Assembly: GCA_008632985.1 (NCBI GenBank)
Contig: QPGO01000031.1
Coordinates: forward strand, 62,001-126,000
Direction: 5' to 3'
Source: Psammoneis japonica
Lineage: Eukaryota
Length of the DNA stretch: 64,000 nucleotides
This document shows, piece by piece, positions 1-11,266 of this stretch. The position numbers and the translations under genes were made by a program. Below the pieces are notes generated by a model. The model made no database searches and was not told the origin of the DNA. It was given only the letters and a program-made list of their open reading frames with translations. Numbering within the stretch: the first letter of the stretch is position 1; each line of letters begins with the position of its first letter.

Positions 1-281
1 TTTTGACAACCTTGCTCGAGATTTCTTCTGGAACTTCACCGGCCCATGATCCCATGACGCCCGCAAATGCCGGTCCCGTGTCCCGTGGCATGCCACCACG
101 CAACGAGTTCATCACGGGGCATTTCGGGTGTGGGAAACTCAATCGGTCCGCCGGCAGCCAGGGCGGCGAGACCGTCGGCAGTGCCCTTGTAGAGGCGTGG
201 GTCATCCACAATGCCTTCAAAGCGCTTTTTAGAATCTGAAAAGCTCTTGATGAGGTCGTCGAACGTAACGTTGGATATCAT
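1..281 (-). CDS. 5' part of a hypothetical protein running off the window start, with an apparent -1 frameshift near 65-90
   Basis: ATG at 281 (MISNVTFDDL...). After about position 65 a second frame reads GVMGSWAGEVPEEISSKVVK without a stop to the window edge. Confidence 0.45.
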
Positions 282-849
282 GGCTGTTGCCTGCTACAGT
301 ACCGGTTCTGTTGTGTTGGAGGCCTTGCTATTATCTTGTGTCTTGTGTGTGGGGTGGGGGAGGTGAAGTAAATTACCTGTATCTAGACTATCTTCAAATC
401 TTCCTGTGAGAAAGAGTCGATCAATTCATACTCCTGCTCGTCGCGGCGCTCGCAGCTCAGAGTATAAACCGAGCTGTTATGGGGCCCAACCCCTAAGTAG
501 AAGTAAGTAGAAGGAACTTGTGTCTTGTTTTAGTTTTTACTCTCGTGTCGTGCTATTTCGAACCCCGGCAAGCCTCCCTCCAAGGGAACACCTGTCCAGA
601 TGGAGATCGCAGAGAATACCTTGAAAAACACTTTTGTGCGGCTGAGGAGAACACTACTGGGCTTGTCGGGGAAGAGGATCCTCGACGAACACTACGTAAG
701 CAAGAAAGAGTGGTGTTAATGAAAATCAAAGCTAGTAGGTGAGGCTTGCGAATGATTGCATATTATTCATTATAACTAAATCATGTGCGTGTGGTTTAAC
801 GACGAGAAGAACCTAAGATATGTATACTCAGCATGCTGTGGATCGTTTC

Positions 850-3387
850 TCATGTTTTTCTTGGGCGAAGGCACTCTGGACGGCACCGCGACTTCGTCAT
901 TTTGATATCTTCCTGCAGCCCAAGTCCTGCGGCCAATAGGTACAGCCAATGGCTCAACAGCATGCAGTTAGCCGCAAGCGCTGCTGTCCAATGATTCCTA
1001 AACAAACTCTCTAGATTGGAAAACACAATCCACTCAAACCAGACCTCCAGGGTGACCTCCAGCGCAGTGTAGAGGACTGCACTGACGTACTTGAGAAGAA
1101 CGAACCAATGCTGCATCAGCAAAACAAGAATAGGACTGATGACTGACTTTGTCGGCAACACGGTATCGGTAAGCAGCATTACAATCAGTAACGAGGCTGC
1201 ACTATGATGCACTACCGTCCCTGCTCCATTCAAGAAATCCGTGAATCTGTGCAGTCGTGAGTACGTTCCGCTCCTATACAAGGCAAAATACACGTACATT
1301 ATGGTTTCTGGAAAGCCAAACTTCCACAGACCAAGAACAAGAAAAATGAGAGCAGTGTAGTTCCCCCAAACAGCCAACCCCAAAGTTGTAGCTGCAAGAA
1401 CGGGGAAAAGAAATTGAGCGAACCGCCATCGCACCTCCAATTTCGTTGTCCAGCCATCAACGAGAACACTCAATAATACAAGCAACTCCAGGCCGAGACC
1501 TGCCAAAAGAACTGTTACCCATAAAATGAATCCAACGTAGACGTAAAAAGTCTCATCACTGAGCCTGGTGACCGGGTTTGTAGATGCACCCCACCAACTC
1601 TTCGAGTGACAATTCTCGTCACACAGATCATAAAGCAATTTTTCTACAGCGTCCCGTGATGGGTCAGCAAGAGTCGATAGGCTGTGGTAGTTTGCTTTAC
1701 CCAGAGTCGCAGCCAGCTTGGGTAGCGGCAATGCTGTATCATAGAAGAGTCTCATAGCTTCGGTTTCATCAACTGTCAGTCCACTCAAAAGTGGCCGATG
1801 GATTTGCATCAGCGATAACGCGAAAGACACCAGGTGAGAAGCAACGAAGCCTTCCCCATTATTAGACACCGCAGAACACGACACTGGTGAAACGAGAAGT
1901 TGCTGAAGATATCGTGGTGGAGCAGAAGAGGTGACGAATGCCAAATTCCATGCCATGTAATTCTGCGCCCAGTCCTCTCCAAGTGCCCAATATACCTTGT
2001 GGTCGTCGACGGAGGGATCAAATGTAACTTCCGTTGCAAGAGCAAGGCCGATGCGAGCATTTTCTTCGAGACTTTGAAGGATATCCGACTTGACAGCCTC
2101 TAGAATAATTAATTGCATCATGGCTTTCTTCATGGTGTTGCGATTCTCGGCTAGAGCTCTGGCGAAGCCTCCCAGGTTTGTTGCCATTCCGATGTACTTT
2201 GCCATGCTTCTTCCCAACAGGCCTGGCTGGTCATGGAGGCTACCTTCTGCCACCGTTTTCTTGAAAGGAACCACCTGCCTCGTCAACATGGCGTCTGCCA
2301 CTTGTTGTAGGGCATGAGGATCGTTCACAAGGGCTTGGGTAAGACGGTCCAGAACAATAGCCATATGCAGAGAATCTTGGACGTATCTCCGTTGATCAAA
2401 AGATGTCATGTTGTTCAAGAGATCAGGGTAAACTTCTTCAGCAGCACAAGCAAGTCGTTGGATACCAGGTGCCGCGTCCAAGCATTGAAGAGAGCTCTCA
2501 AACATCGCCGTTAAAGGTTGCGGAGCAGACAGTAAGTCCTGTAGATAACGCCGAATACGTGGAATTTTTGACAACCCCATGTTACTCAACACCTCTTGAA
2601 TTATGACAGGCGAAGTCATCACCGCAAAGCTCGCATTGCCTTGAGAAACCAGATCGGTGGAGCTGGTAGCAGCTTGGTACAAACTATCATACCAGTGCTC
2701 AAGACAATGTGATCCCATGCTTTCATTGACCTTGCTTGCTACATTGAAGTCGTCTTCTCCAAATGTCACAGGAAGGAGCGAGGTATCCTCAGTAATGTTT
2801 AAGCCGCGGTACCAACGTTGAACAGAAGGTATGATATCCCCCACGATGTCTTGGTACGGATTACCAAACTCTTGAAAATGCTTCTCCGTGCTCCAATCAG
2901 GGTTTCGACTGTAGATGATGCCGTTCACAAGTGCAACCATTCCATTGGCGAAAGCTATCGCAAAGAAAAGAGATAGCCCCACTCCCCAAAGTCTACGTTT
3001 AGTGGGCTTCACTTCCGTCGATGCGGTTATCAGGCGACGAGAGATCGAGGATCGCTTCATCCGCCCTAGCATAGAGCCGTTTTCCCCGAGAGAAGTTTGT
3101 TCCGATAGCAATCGTGATAATATTGAATTCGCCATTGACCTTGCATTCTGGCCCGACCTATCCTCGGAGAAGCCGCAGTCATATTTTGTTGAGTTGCACA
3201 CAGTATCGCAGTTCTCATACATTTTGTCTGAAGTCAAATTCACGTCCTGACCATTCCTCATCACTTGCTCTTCGTCCCCCAGATCATGATGCGACTGATT
3301 CCACTCCTCCGCCAGACGATCCCATGTCTTTTGAGGCGATTCGACGTCGTCGCCATTGGTCTCTTCTACCATTATGAATCTCTTCAA
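850..3387 (-). CDS. 845-aa multi-pass membrane protein of unknown function
   Basis: Single long ORF with an N-terminal TM segment (LWGVGLSLFFAIAFANGMVALV), a large loop and several C-terminal hydrophobic helices carrying His motifs (VVHHSA, QHW, SHW). Confidence 0.8.
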   Translation of the reverse strand: MKRFIMVEETNGDDVESPQKTWDRLAEEWNQSHHDLGDEEQVMRNGQDVNLTSDKMYENCDTVCNSTKYDCGFSEDRSGQNARSMANSILSRLLSEQTSLGENGSMLGRMKRSSISRRLITASTEVKPTKRRLWGVGLSLFFAIAFANGMVALVNGIIYSRNPDWSTEKHFQEFGNPYQDIVGDIIPSVQRWYRGLNITEDTSLLPVTFGEDDFNVASKVNESMGSHCLEHWYDSLYQAATSSTDLVSQGNASFAVMTSPVIIQEVLSNMGLSKIPRIRRYLQDLLSAPQPLTAMFESSLQCLDAAPGIQRLACAAEEVYPDLLNNMTSFDQRRYVQDSLHMAIVLDRLTQALVNDPHALQQVADAMLTRQVVPFKKTVAEGSLHDQPGLLGRSMAKYIGMATNLGGFARALAENRNTMKKAMMQLIILEAVKSDILQSLEENARIGLALATEVTFDPSVDDHKVYWALGEDWAQNYMAWNLAFVTSSAPPRYLQQLLVSPVSCSAVSNNGEGFVASHLVSFALSLMQIHRPLLSGLTVDETEAMRLFYDTALPLPKLAATLGKANYHSLSTLADPSRDAVEKLLYDLCDENCHSKSWWGASTNPVTRLSDETFYVYVGFILWVTVLLAGLGLELLVLLSVLVDGWTTKLEVRWRFAQFLFPVLAATTLGLAVWGNYTALIFLVLGLWKFGFPETIMYVYFALYRSGTYSRLHRFTDFLNGAGTVVHHSAASLLIVMLLTDTVLPTKSVISPILVLLMQHWFVLLKYVSAVLYTALEVTLEVWFEWIVFSNLESLFRNHWTAALAANCMLLSHWLYLLAAGLGLQEDIKMTKSRCRPECLRPRKT

Positions 3388-3569
3388 CTTGAATCTACTT
3401 TACTGGGATTACTCGACATGGATATCGAGAAAGAGCACCTTGTGTTTCTCAATTTGACCACAGTAGACTCCAAGACCTAATGTTGTCAATCTGAGTACCA
3501 GGTGTCATCTTGTTCGTGTTCGTATGTGAGCCGGGAAATCAACACAGAAAGAACAACTTCAACTAACGA

Positions 3570-4478
3570 TTGTCATAATTTAATCCCCATGTTCAATGTT
3601 TGTGTCATCATCTGGAAGAACTTTCAACTGCAACTTCGCACTTCTGTCGCGCGGCAGATCGGCGCGCGGTGGCAAAAAACGAGGGGAGCACACTTCAGCA
3701 ATCAAAAATGTCAAGAGCACGACGGGCGACGACGGGCGACAGGGAACTTGTTAGAAAATCATCCGCATGACATTGAGGATGCGATTGATGTGCCAGAACT
3801 ACCAAGCCACATCGCAAGCATCTCGTGAGAGCTTGTCCAACATGGACCTTGCATCTCTCGCCCTCACCCCGAGCTGCCACATCACAGCAGGTTCACACAC
3901 TGGGTTCACACGCTGGGTTTCCACCTCCATGACGAAAGAAAGCAAACAAAAACTTCCACCCAAAACTTGTTGCAAAGCTGCAGACAAGCATGAATGGCAT
4001 GGTCTGTGTCAGCCATGACAAACACTGAGGTTTCCCTGTTTCATGGAGATGACAACGCCTTGTTTGAGCGACTTGTTTTTTGGAGATCAACCAGAGACTG
4101 GTTTGAGTTGGCAGACAATTTTGAAGAAGCAGGAATTGTTTTGCAAGGTGCACAATGGCTTTGACATGAGTCTCATTGCAGCCTGTGAGCAAGAAGACAT
4201 CAAGTGCCTCCATCAAGATCCTGGTGTCATCGTCAGGGACAAACTGAAGAAAGTCAGCAGCGCAGCAACCTTCTTCAATGCACAGCGAATCTTGGAACTC
4301 CAAAAGAGCCACGGATCTTAAGACACCCAAATTTTTGGGCATCAAAATCACAACAGAATTTTCAACGAGCCTGGAAAATTTGTCTGGAACTCATGCAAAG
4401 TCTTGTCCAGTTTCTGCAGAAATGTCAATGCCAAAACCAAAGTGGGCGTCAGCTCCAAAGAACTTTGATGGGGTCATG
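3570..4478. repeat. degenerate TpA-depleted repeat-like sequence flanking the copia element on the left (unidentified older element)
   Basis: TpA is rare and the ORFs are broken and Cys/His-rich. It lies outside the LTR. No recognisable domain. Confidence 0.45.
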
Positions 4479-4721
4479 TGACAGAAAATGAAGATGACTG
4501 GGTGGAAGAAAACAATGACTCCTTGCTGCTGTCTAAGCAGGATGAGTCTCCATGCAGAGACCATTGCAGGAGCCGAAAGACTGGTGTCATGATGTCGGCA
4601 CTGCTGCCATCATTCTTGTGAGCCGTGTGGCTCGAAAGCAAACTACTTCGCGCGTCGCGCGCAGAACTAAAAGCACACACAATTGTGTGTGACAAACTAA
4701 AATCTTGTTCAAATCCTGTCA
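4479..4721 (-). repeat. 3' LTR (243 bp)
   Basis: Direct repeat of 9791-10035. The PPT (ctcccc on the + strand) lies at 4722-4727. Confidence 0.93.
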
Positions 4722-4779
4722 CTCCCCAGTTTGCTTGAGGGACAACAGCAACAGATTCAAAGTCAGATTGGCAGGAAGC

Positions 4780-7300
4780 CTCTGGATCAAAGTTCCAAAA
4801 CATCAGGGGACGAAGGAGGGTCCACACCTGGGAGCAACCCCAGTGCTTGCTGAGAATGTCAGCTGGGTTGCGGGAGCCTTCGATGAAGTGAAACTTGAGG
4901 AAACCGGAAGCAATTGCCTCACGTACATGGTGGAACAAGAGGGCGGTGTGTCGCTTGTGTAACTTAGAGTGCGGGATGGTGGCACTATCCACAACCGACT
5001 TGTTGTCCCCGAACATGTAACAGGTTTCATGAATGTGGACGCCAAGGCAATGCAAAGTGATGCGCAGATCAATGATCTGCTCAACGCAGGTCCTTGCGGC
5101 AACAAACTCAGATCCACACATGGCAGTCTTGACTGTTGCTTGTTTCTTGGAGAACCAATCAACCGGAAACTTGTTGAGGAAATGCTGGTTGCCATTGCGT
5201 TCATCGAGAGCCAAGGCATGCTTGCAGTCCCAGGGCACTTCAAATCTGCACTTGCATCATGGTGTGGTGCAAAAGGAGCGCAGCTTGGCTTGGTTGGCCA
5301 TGCGGAATAGCTTCTTCTGGTGCTGAGCTATGGTCTGGAAACGTTTCCAGCCTTTGGTCTCAAGCAAGCCATGTTCACGTGCACAAATGGCACAGGTGAC
5401 GGCATCATCCTTGGCAATGATGGCAAGGGGTTCAGATGTGATCTCCCCATTCTCCCATTCAAGCATTGCATTGTGGCTTGAGCCTTTCCAAGATGGATCC
5501 TGAGGTCTCAATGGACCTTCATGAGAGACGATGCATTGGAACTTCCAGAGGGTAGAATCCTTGTCTTCTTGCTTGATGTGGTGCATGATGTCATTGCAGG
5601 CAAGAACTTCCTTGCATTCGTCATTGTTGACAGAGCAAATGAACTTGACCAGTTCAGGGTTGTCTCTGATTTCCCAATCATGGTCTTCAATGGCTTTGAC
5701 AATGCGGGCTCTGTGACGTTGTCCCCGTCCTCTTGCGGTTTCATGAGGAAGGTGCGTTCGATGACGTCCTCGGGCTTGAAGACTGGCATTTTGGGCATCC
5801 TGATTGCCTCCCCATCTGGTGAAGCCATTGAATCCAGAGGGTCATGTTGGGATTTGATGATGGTTTCAACAGATCCTTTGTCAGGAGGGTCAAGACGGAG
5901 GTTCAGAGCGGACGGGTCATGGGCGGAGCAGACGTTGGAATGGCAAAGAATCTTTTGAGTGTCATCAGAAAGAATCTTGAATGTCATTTCATGACCAACA
6001 TGTTTGGCAATGCCAGTGAAGCAACCACAAAGTTGTGGGATTTGGACGGCCAGTCAGAATCGTCCAAGTGGCAGCACACGGGCTCCCACCATTGGAAGCA
6101 AAGGAGCGGGCTGATGTGGGGGTAGAACCAGACAGTGCCTCAATGGGAGGAGGCCAATGTAGCTTGGTAGATGCAGTGTGGTTAAGCACAAAGCATGCGT
6201 GCACAAGGGCGAGGAGCCAGGTGCATGCGGGAGATCCAAAGCGATCCATGATTTTGTTGGCCATGGTTTTCACAGTCTGGCAGCGGCGCTCAGCAAAGTT
6301 CTGGTGCTGTTGGTGAGGCTTGCTTTGCCAACTAGAGATGAAGAGGGCACGAAGGATGCCAAGGACCTTGTTGCTCATGTCAACCTGGGCACGGTCGCTG
6401 ATGAGCTTGGAGGGAGCACCATGATTGCGGATGTTGTCCTCAAGTGTGTTGACGAATTCTTTGTCAGTCTTGGTGCCGCAGACGTTGGTGACAAGAGATT
6501 CCGCACCAACAAAGAGCTGTGCACTGACAGGCACACTGTGTCATGCAGTCAAAGGTGCAGCAAATAGTGTCCTTTGGGAGGAAGCCAAAACAGGGGCACA
6601 GAGACTCACAGTTGGGATCTTTGGCATTGATCTTGCGCTCATGGCATTCATGGAAGAAGTTGGACGTCGGAAGGAGGTGGTCATCCAGGACAGAGTCAGT
6701 GAGCATGGCATTGTTGACAATGTGGTGGTGACGACAGTTGCAAAACTCATCAAACAGGTTGGTGGTTGGGTCGTCTTGGAGGTCGGACACGGCGTCATGC
6801 CATGTTTCATTGTCAGTGAACTGATGGTCAAGGACAGACAGATCTCAGGTGTCATTGCCAGCGAGGACAACGTGAGGGAGTGTGTCCCATTCGGCGTTGG
6901 TGTGCAGTCGTGTGGCAATGTCAATGGGAACGACGCAGCCATCTATGGTGGCTGTGCGTTGTAGACCGTTGGGCACCTTGATGGACCTGTTGTTCACATC
7001 ATGTTTGCACCACTCAAGTTGGCCACAAGAACAGATGGTCTTGCCTTTGCCAGTGCAAGCGCACTGGTGAAGGATGGCAATGACGGGTTCACGCTGCGTG
7101 TGAATGACACCACCTGCAGTGACAATGGGAATGTCAACAAGCTGGTGGTTGTCAATGCCTTGTACGTCAACCTGACGACCAGTGCAATTGATGACACAAA
7201 CATCATCACCGGTGACACCGCTGTTTGCACCACGATCCACAAGAGCACCCTTGCAAGTTGAGGCATGAGTCAAGGCAGAGTAGATGACACTGTGATTGTC
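4780..7300 (-). pseudogene. pol: copia pol remnants (protease, integrase, RNase H) with stops and frameshifts
   Basis: ORF fragments 6845-7546, 5989-6534, 5257-5586 and 4474-5238 carry the copia motifs in PR-INT-RH order. Confidence 0.9.
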
Positions 7301-8931
7301 AGTGCAACAGCAAGTGTGGCCGTTGATCTCAATGTCAGTTTTGGTGTGGCGTGAGGATGAAGATCCGGGTGGCTTCTCGCCAGAGTGGGCGGAAGGGGGC
7401 CTTTTGGGCGTGAGAAGACATTGCAGATCACCGGGTGGCAAAGGCTTGCGCTTGGCAAGGTGAGCCAGGATGGGGCCAGCATCGGCTGGGTTGGCGGCAA
7501 CGTCAGGTGGTTCAGGGTTCAGGGGCAGACGCGAGGTCGTGAGCATTGGCTGACAAGTTCACGTCACCATCGCTGCCAAGACGGAGGTCGTGGAGGTTGA
7601 CTGCTGTTGAGTCATGATAATTGCCAGCATGAGCAGTGCGTGAACCAAGGATGATGGCCTTGGTGGACTGAGGCAAGGTGTCCCAGATGCGCTGGTGGTC
7701 CGGCGGGATGCGACGCCATTGTTCCTTGGTGAGGGAGTTGCCACAAGTCTGAGCAGCACAAGCCTGAAGGACGTCAACATCACTGTTGATGTCATGGGAT
7801 ACGTCATCATCAGGGTCGTCAGGAGCCAGGTCATGTTCACAGATGGCGCGGCGGGGGGCGTGTGAGGCTGTCTTGGGGTTGAACGTGCTGTCGCACTGTG
7901 CCGCTGCCAAAAGCAGGAGCCCACAGTGCTGCTCACAAGAAAGACCCGTGCCATTTTGCATGCAAAACTGATCAGCTTGATTCTTTACCAAACAAAGTTC
8001 TTTGACAGGGTGAACAGCATTCTTGAGCATGACGCATTTCTGGCCATCCGAAAAATGGTCCGTGTCGGGGATGAGAGCTTCGCACTTGCAAGCTGGTCCT
8101 GCCAGTGGAGTGTGAAGGCATGGGTGGAGCCTTTCCAAGTGCCATCACCAAGGCGAGTAGAGGTGAGGCATGTGAGAAGGCTCAAGGACTCCAGGGATGC
8201 ACAAGTGGACACAAGGGCGTACTTGGAAAGTTCAAGATGCACCGCTTGGGCATCAGAGGAGCCGACATGTTCATGAACAAGTGCCTTGCCCTTGTCATTT
8301 TGCAAGATGCATTCAAATGCGGCAAACATGCATTTTTGTTGTTCGGCAAACAAGGCCTTGTCCTCAGCTGTGTTGGGCTTGTACGTTGAGTCGAGGATGC
8401 GATCGACATCCTGAGAGCAGGCCTGTGCAATGATGGAGGTGTGCCACGTGTGCCACTGCTTGTCTGACTTGAGAGTCACAAAAGTGAGTGGGTCACGTTT
8501 GATGCCTCGCTTGAAGTCACGCACGGGGTCACATGGTTTTGGGGGCAACAAACCAGGAGCAGGAGCAGAAGGTGCCGTGCCCATGGAGAGGGACGCTGCG
8601 CACTTGGGGCTGAGATGACAGTTGGCAAACTCTTCATGTGTGAACAACGTGGGGTTGTTGCTGACATCAGCGCCGCTGCGTGCTTTAACCGTGTGCAAAC
8701 TAATCAAAGCAGCAATTTGTGCTTTGCAGCCATGGGGCAAAGGCGTTTGATTGGTGCCGTTGTTGTAAACTGGAGCATCGAGTTGCAACAGGGTAAACAT
8801 GAAGAGACCTGGTGCAAATCAGTGCCATCAATGCTGAGGGCGGAGCGCAACGGACTGTCTGCGGCTTGATTCAGAACAGTGCCTAAGATGCACTCAAAGC
8901 AATCAGTTTGTTGCTGTCTGGTGAGAACCAT
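7300..8931 (-). pseudogene. gag: copia gag remnants
   Basis: Fragments MVLTRQQQTDCFECILGTVLNQAADSPLRSAL, DFKRGIKRDP, DKGKALVHEH and LHWQDQL resemble diatom CoDi gag. Confidence 0.8.
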
Positions 8932-8989
8932 GGTGCAACTGATTGGGTGCCAGGACCAGAGTTGGAGAGTGGACTGGAGTTGGAGAGCA

Positions 8990-9052
8990 GACTTGAAATA
9001 ACTTGAGACTTGACTTGAAACTTGACTTGAAAAATTGACTTGAAAACTTGAA
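8990..9052. repeat. ACTTGA (TCAAGT) short tandem repeats in the copia 5' UTR
   Basis: acttgaaataacttgagacttgacttgaaacttgacttgaaaaattgacttgaaaacttga, just upstream of the gag ATG. Confidence 0.8.
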
Positions 9053-9790
9053 CTGTCTTGCAAGTCAGAAGCCGCCAGGTTGTGCCATCCCATTCACAGT
9101 CAATTGCCAAGCTTCCTGTCCGGTCTGTAGAGTTGTGCCGGCATGTCCAAACCCACAGCTGGTGACGCTTTGGGTTGCCTGAGAGCGGAGTGACAGGTTA
9201 AAAAAACCCTGCTGACAAGCCAACCAGAGGTGGACAAGACCTCCGAACCTTTCTCATTTTACATCGGTTGGACAACCCAATCAGGCCGGCCAGAATTGGC
9301 ACTGTGGAGGGACAAACAAACATGGGAAAAGCACCCTCACCCCAATGTGGACTAGAGTCATGAACCACTTCCTCTCACAGTTGTCCTTGTGGACCTTGTG
9401 GGACTGTAGAAGACCAGCAATCCGGTGCAGACAGGCAGCAGCAGACTTGGCGTGCTTGGAGCAGGACCAGAGTCAAGTGACAGTGTCATGTGCATGTGAA
9501 CACATGCAAATGTGTTGGTCTGTCTGTCAATGGGAGTAGAATCCGCTGTGAGGAATCCGGAATCTCAGAAGCCTGAGAATGCGGACATTCCTGACCAAAC
9601 AAATGTCCGTTGAACAAACACACGCAGCGATTGGACGCATTGGATGAATCCAAACACATGTGTCCAATCCAATGTTCAGCAGTGAAGAAGGTGGGTGTGT
9701 GCTTCCACTGCCAACGGTTCACGTCGTCGATTTTCTCGGTGACGATGATGAAGGCTCAATGGGTGAATGTGTTGGCCGAGACTGTCAAGC

Positions 9791-10035
9791 TGACAGAAAA
9801 TGAAGATGACTGGGTGGAAGAAAACAATGACTCCTTGCTGCTGTCTAAATGGCAGATGAGTCTCTGTGCAGAGACCGTTGCAGGAGTCGAAAGACGGGTG
9901 TTGTGACATCAGCACTGCTGTCATTGTTCTTGTGAGCCGTGTGGCTCAAAAGCAAACTACATCGCGCGTCGCGCGCGGAACTAAAAGCACACATAATTGT
10001 GTGTGATAAACTAAAATGATGTTCAAATCCTGTCA
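9791..10035 (-). repeat. 5' LTR (245 bp)
   Basis: Direct repeat of 4479-4721 with TGACAG/CTGTCA termini. Confidence 0.93.
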
Positions 10036-10860
10036 TGCAAAAACAAAGCAAAAAAGAAAGCCATGTGACTCTTGAAGACACAGCCATGCATTGCAATGAC
10101 TCAGACACACTGTGCCAACAAATGCAATGACAACCTCTTGCACGGTCTCTGAGGGTTTTAACTGTCGGCAGTCTCACAATCATTTGAGTGGCAGTGCTGA
10201 GCAAAAAAAAAGTGTGCAGAATGAAGTTGGAGTGCAGCTGACGAAAAAAGCAGTCAAAGGAGGTTGACAAATTTGCTCCAATGATGCTCTCATTCTGCAG
10301 AGTGATGAATGGAGCTCCTCCCTGGCTTGTGTCTGCCCTAGATTGATGGCAAAGGTGCAAGTGTGTTGCACTCAAATGTGAAATCAGAACAGTGTGTGAT
10401 GTTGCTTGTGATGAGTTTTTGTGGATTGCTTGGCCTGTTTGTTGCATCAAAAAGGCAAAACACAGTTGTCACAAGGTCAAAAATGAACTGCAAAATGGGG
10501 CAGTGCCACAAAATGCATTTTGTGTTGATGTCATTGCACGTCTTGGTGTTGAGAAAGGGCCACCAGCTCCCCACTCATTCGCTCGTCGCACCCAGAGTGA
10601 GCAGTCACGAGTCATCAACCCCACATGACCCACTCAACTCAAACGTTTTTGAAGCACCAGCTGGACTTTGACCCCCGCCAGATCCACAAAACATGAAAGA
10701 CATGAGCATTGTTGGTTTCCAACTCTTCAAAACAATGTTTTGCAAGAACACGCAACAAGCATGCACAGGACATGGCTGGCATCAGACATTTGGGGGTGAA
10801 TGTGACTTTTTGCAGAGCACCTTTGTTGCACGGGAAAGTGTGAAGGATGATTTTTAGTGA
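10036..10860. repeat. degenerate TpA-depleted repeat-like sequence flanking the copia element on the right
   Basis: Same dinucleotide signature as 3570-4478. It is probably the other half of the sequence into which the copia inserted. Confidence 0.45.
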
Positions 10861-11266
10861 TGGCTCCACAACTGACGCAACTCTCTACTTGTGACCCAAA
10901 AAGTTATCGGGAACTTCGTATGAGTGTGACATTGGTTGGTTCGAAATGCATTTTGGGGTGGTTTTGTGATTGCACGTGGAAGCATGGCGTTGGGCCCCAT
11001 TGCTGTTGGGAGTGGGGCAGGCAACACAAGCACGAGCAGTAGCATACTCTCTAAGTATGGACCATCTTGCCTGACTGTGACTCTCGACAGTGGTGCAGAT
11101 AGAGTTAGCGACTGACGCGTAAAAGGACCTCGAGACCTCTCGGCTAAAGAGATTATCGACAGAGAGTTTACCCAAAGTACCCAAAGTAGTACCAATTTGA
11201 AAGACCAAAAACGACAATCAAAGCAAAAGCTCATGCATTCCAAATTCCAAAAGACAATCTTATTAT

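Larger units (their letters stand above)
4479..10035 (-). mobile_element. Ty1/copia (CoDi-type) LTR retrotransposon, degenerate, RT domain deleted
   Basis: Two LTRs with TGACAG...CTGTCA ends. Gag remnants (MVLTRQQQ..., DFKRGIKRDP), protease (ALVDRGANSG), integrase (LISDRAQ...HQQHQNFAERR), RNase H (SKKQATV..GSEF, MFGDNKSVV, NPADILSKHW) and a GGGGAG PPT next to the 3' LTR. Confidence 0.95.

Noticed and set aside
474..780. tgttatggggccca resembling a copia half-tRNA PBS or a solo-LTR start
   Set aside because: No second copy, TSD or adjacent gag sequence in the window.
3570..10860. Classical RIP or CpG deamination alone as the cause of TE decay
   Set aside because: RIP would enrich TpA and stop codons, and CpG decay cannot convert Tyr codons to Cys or His.
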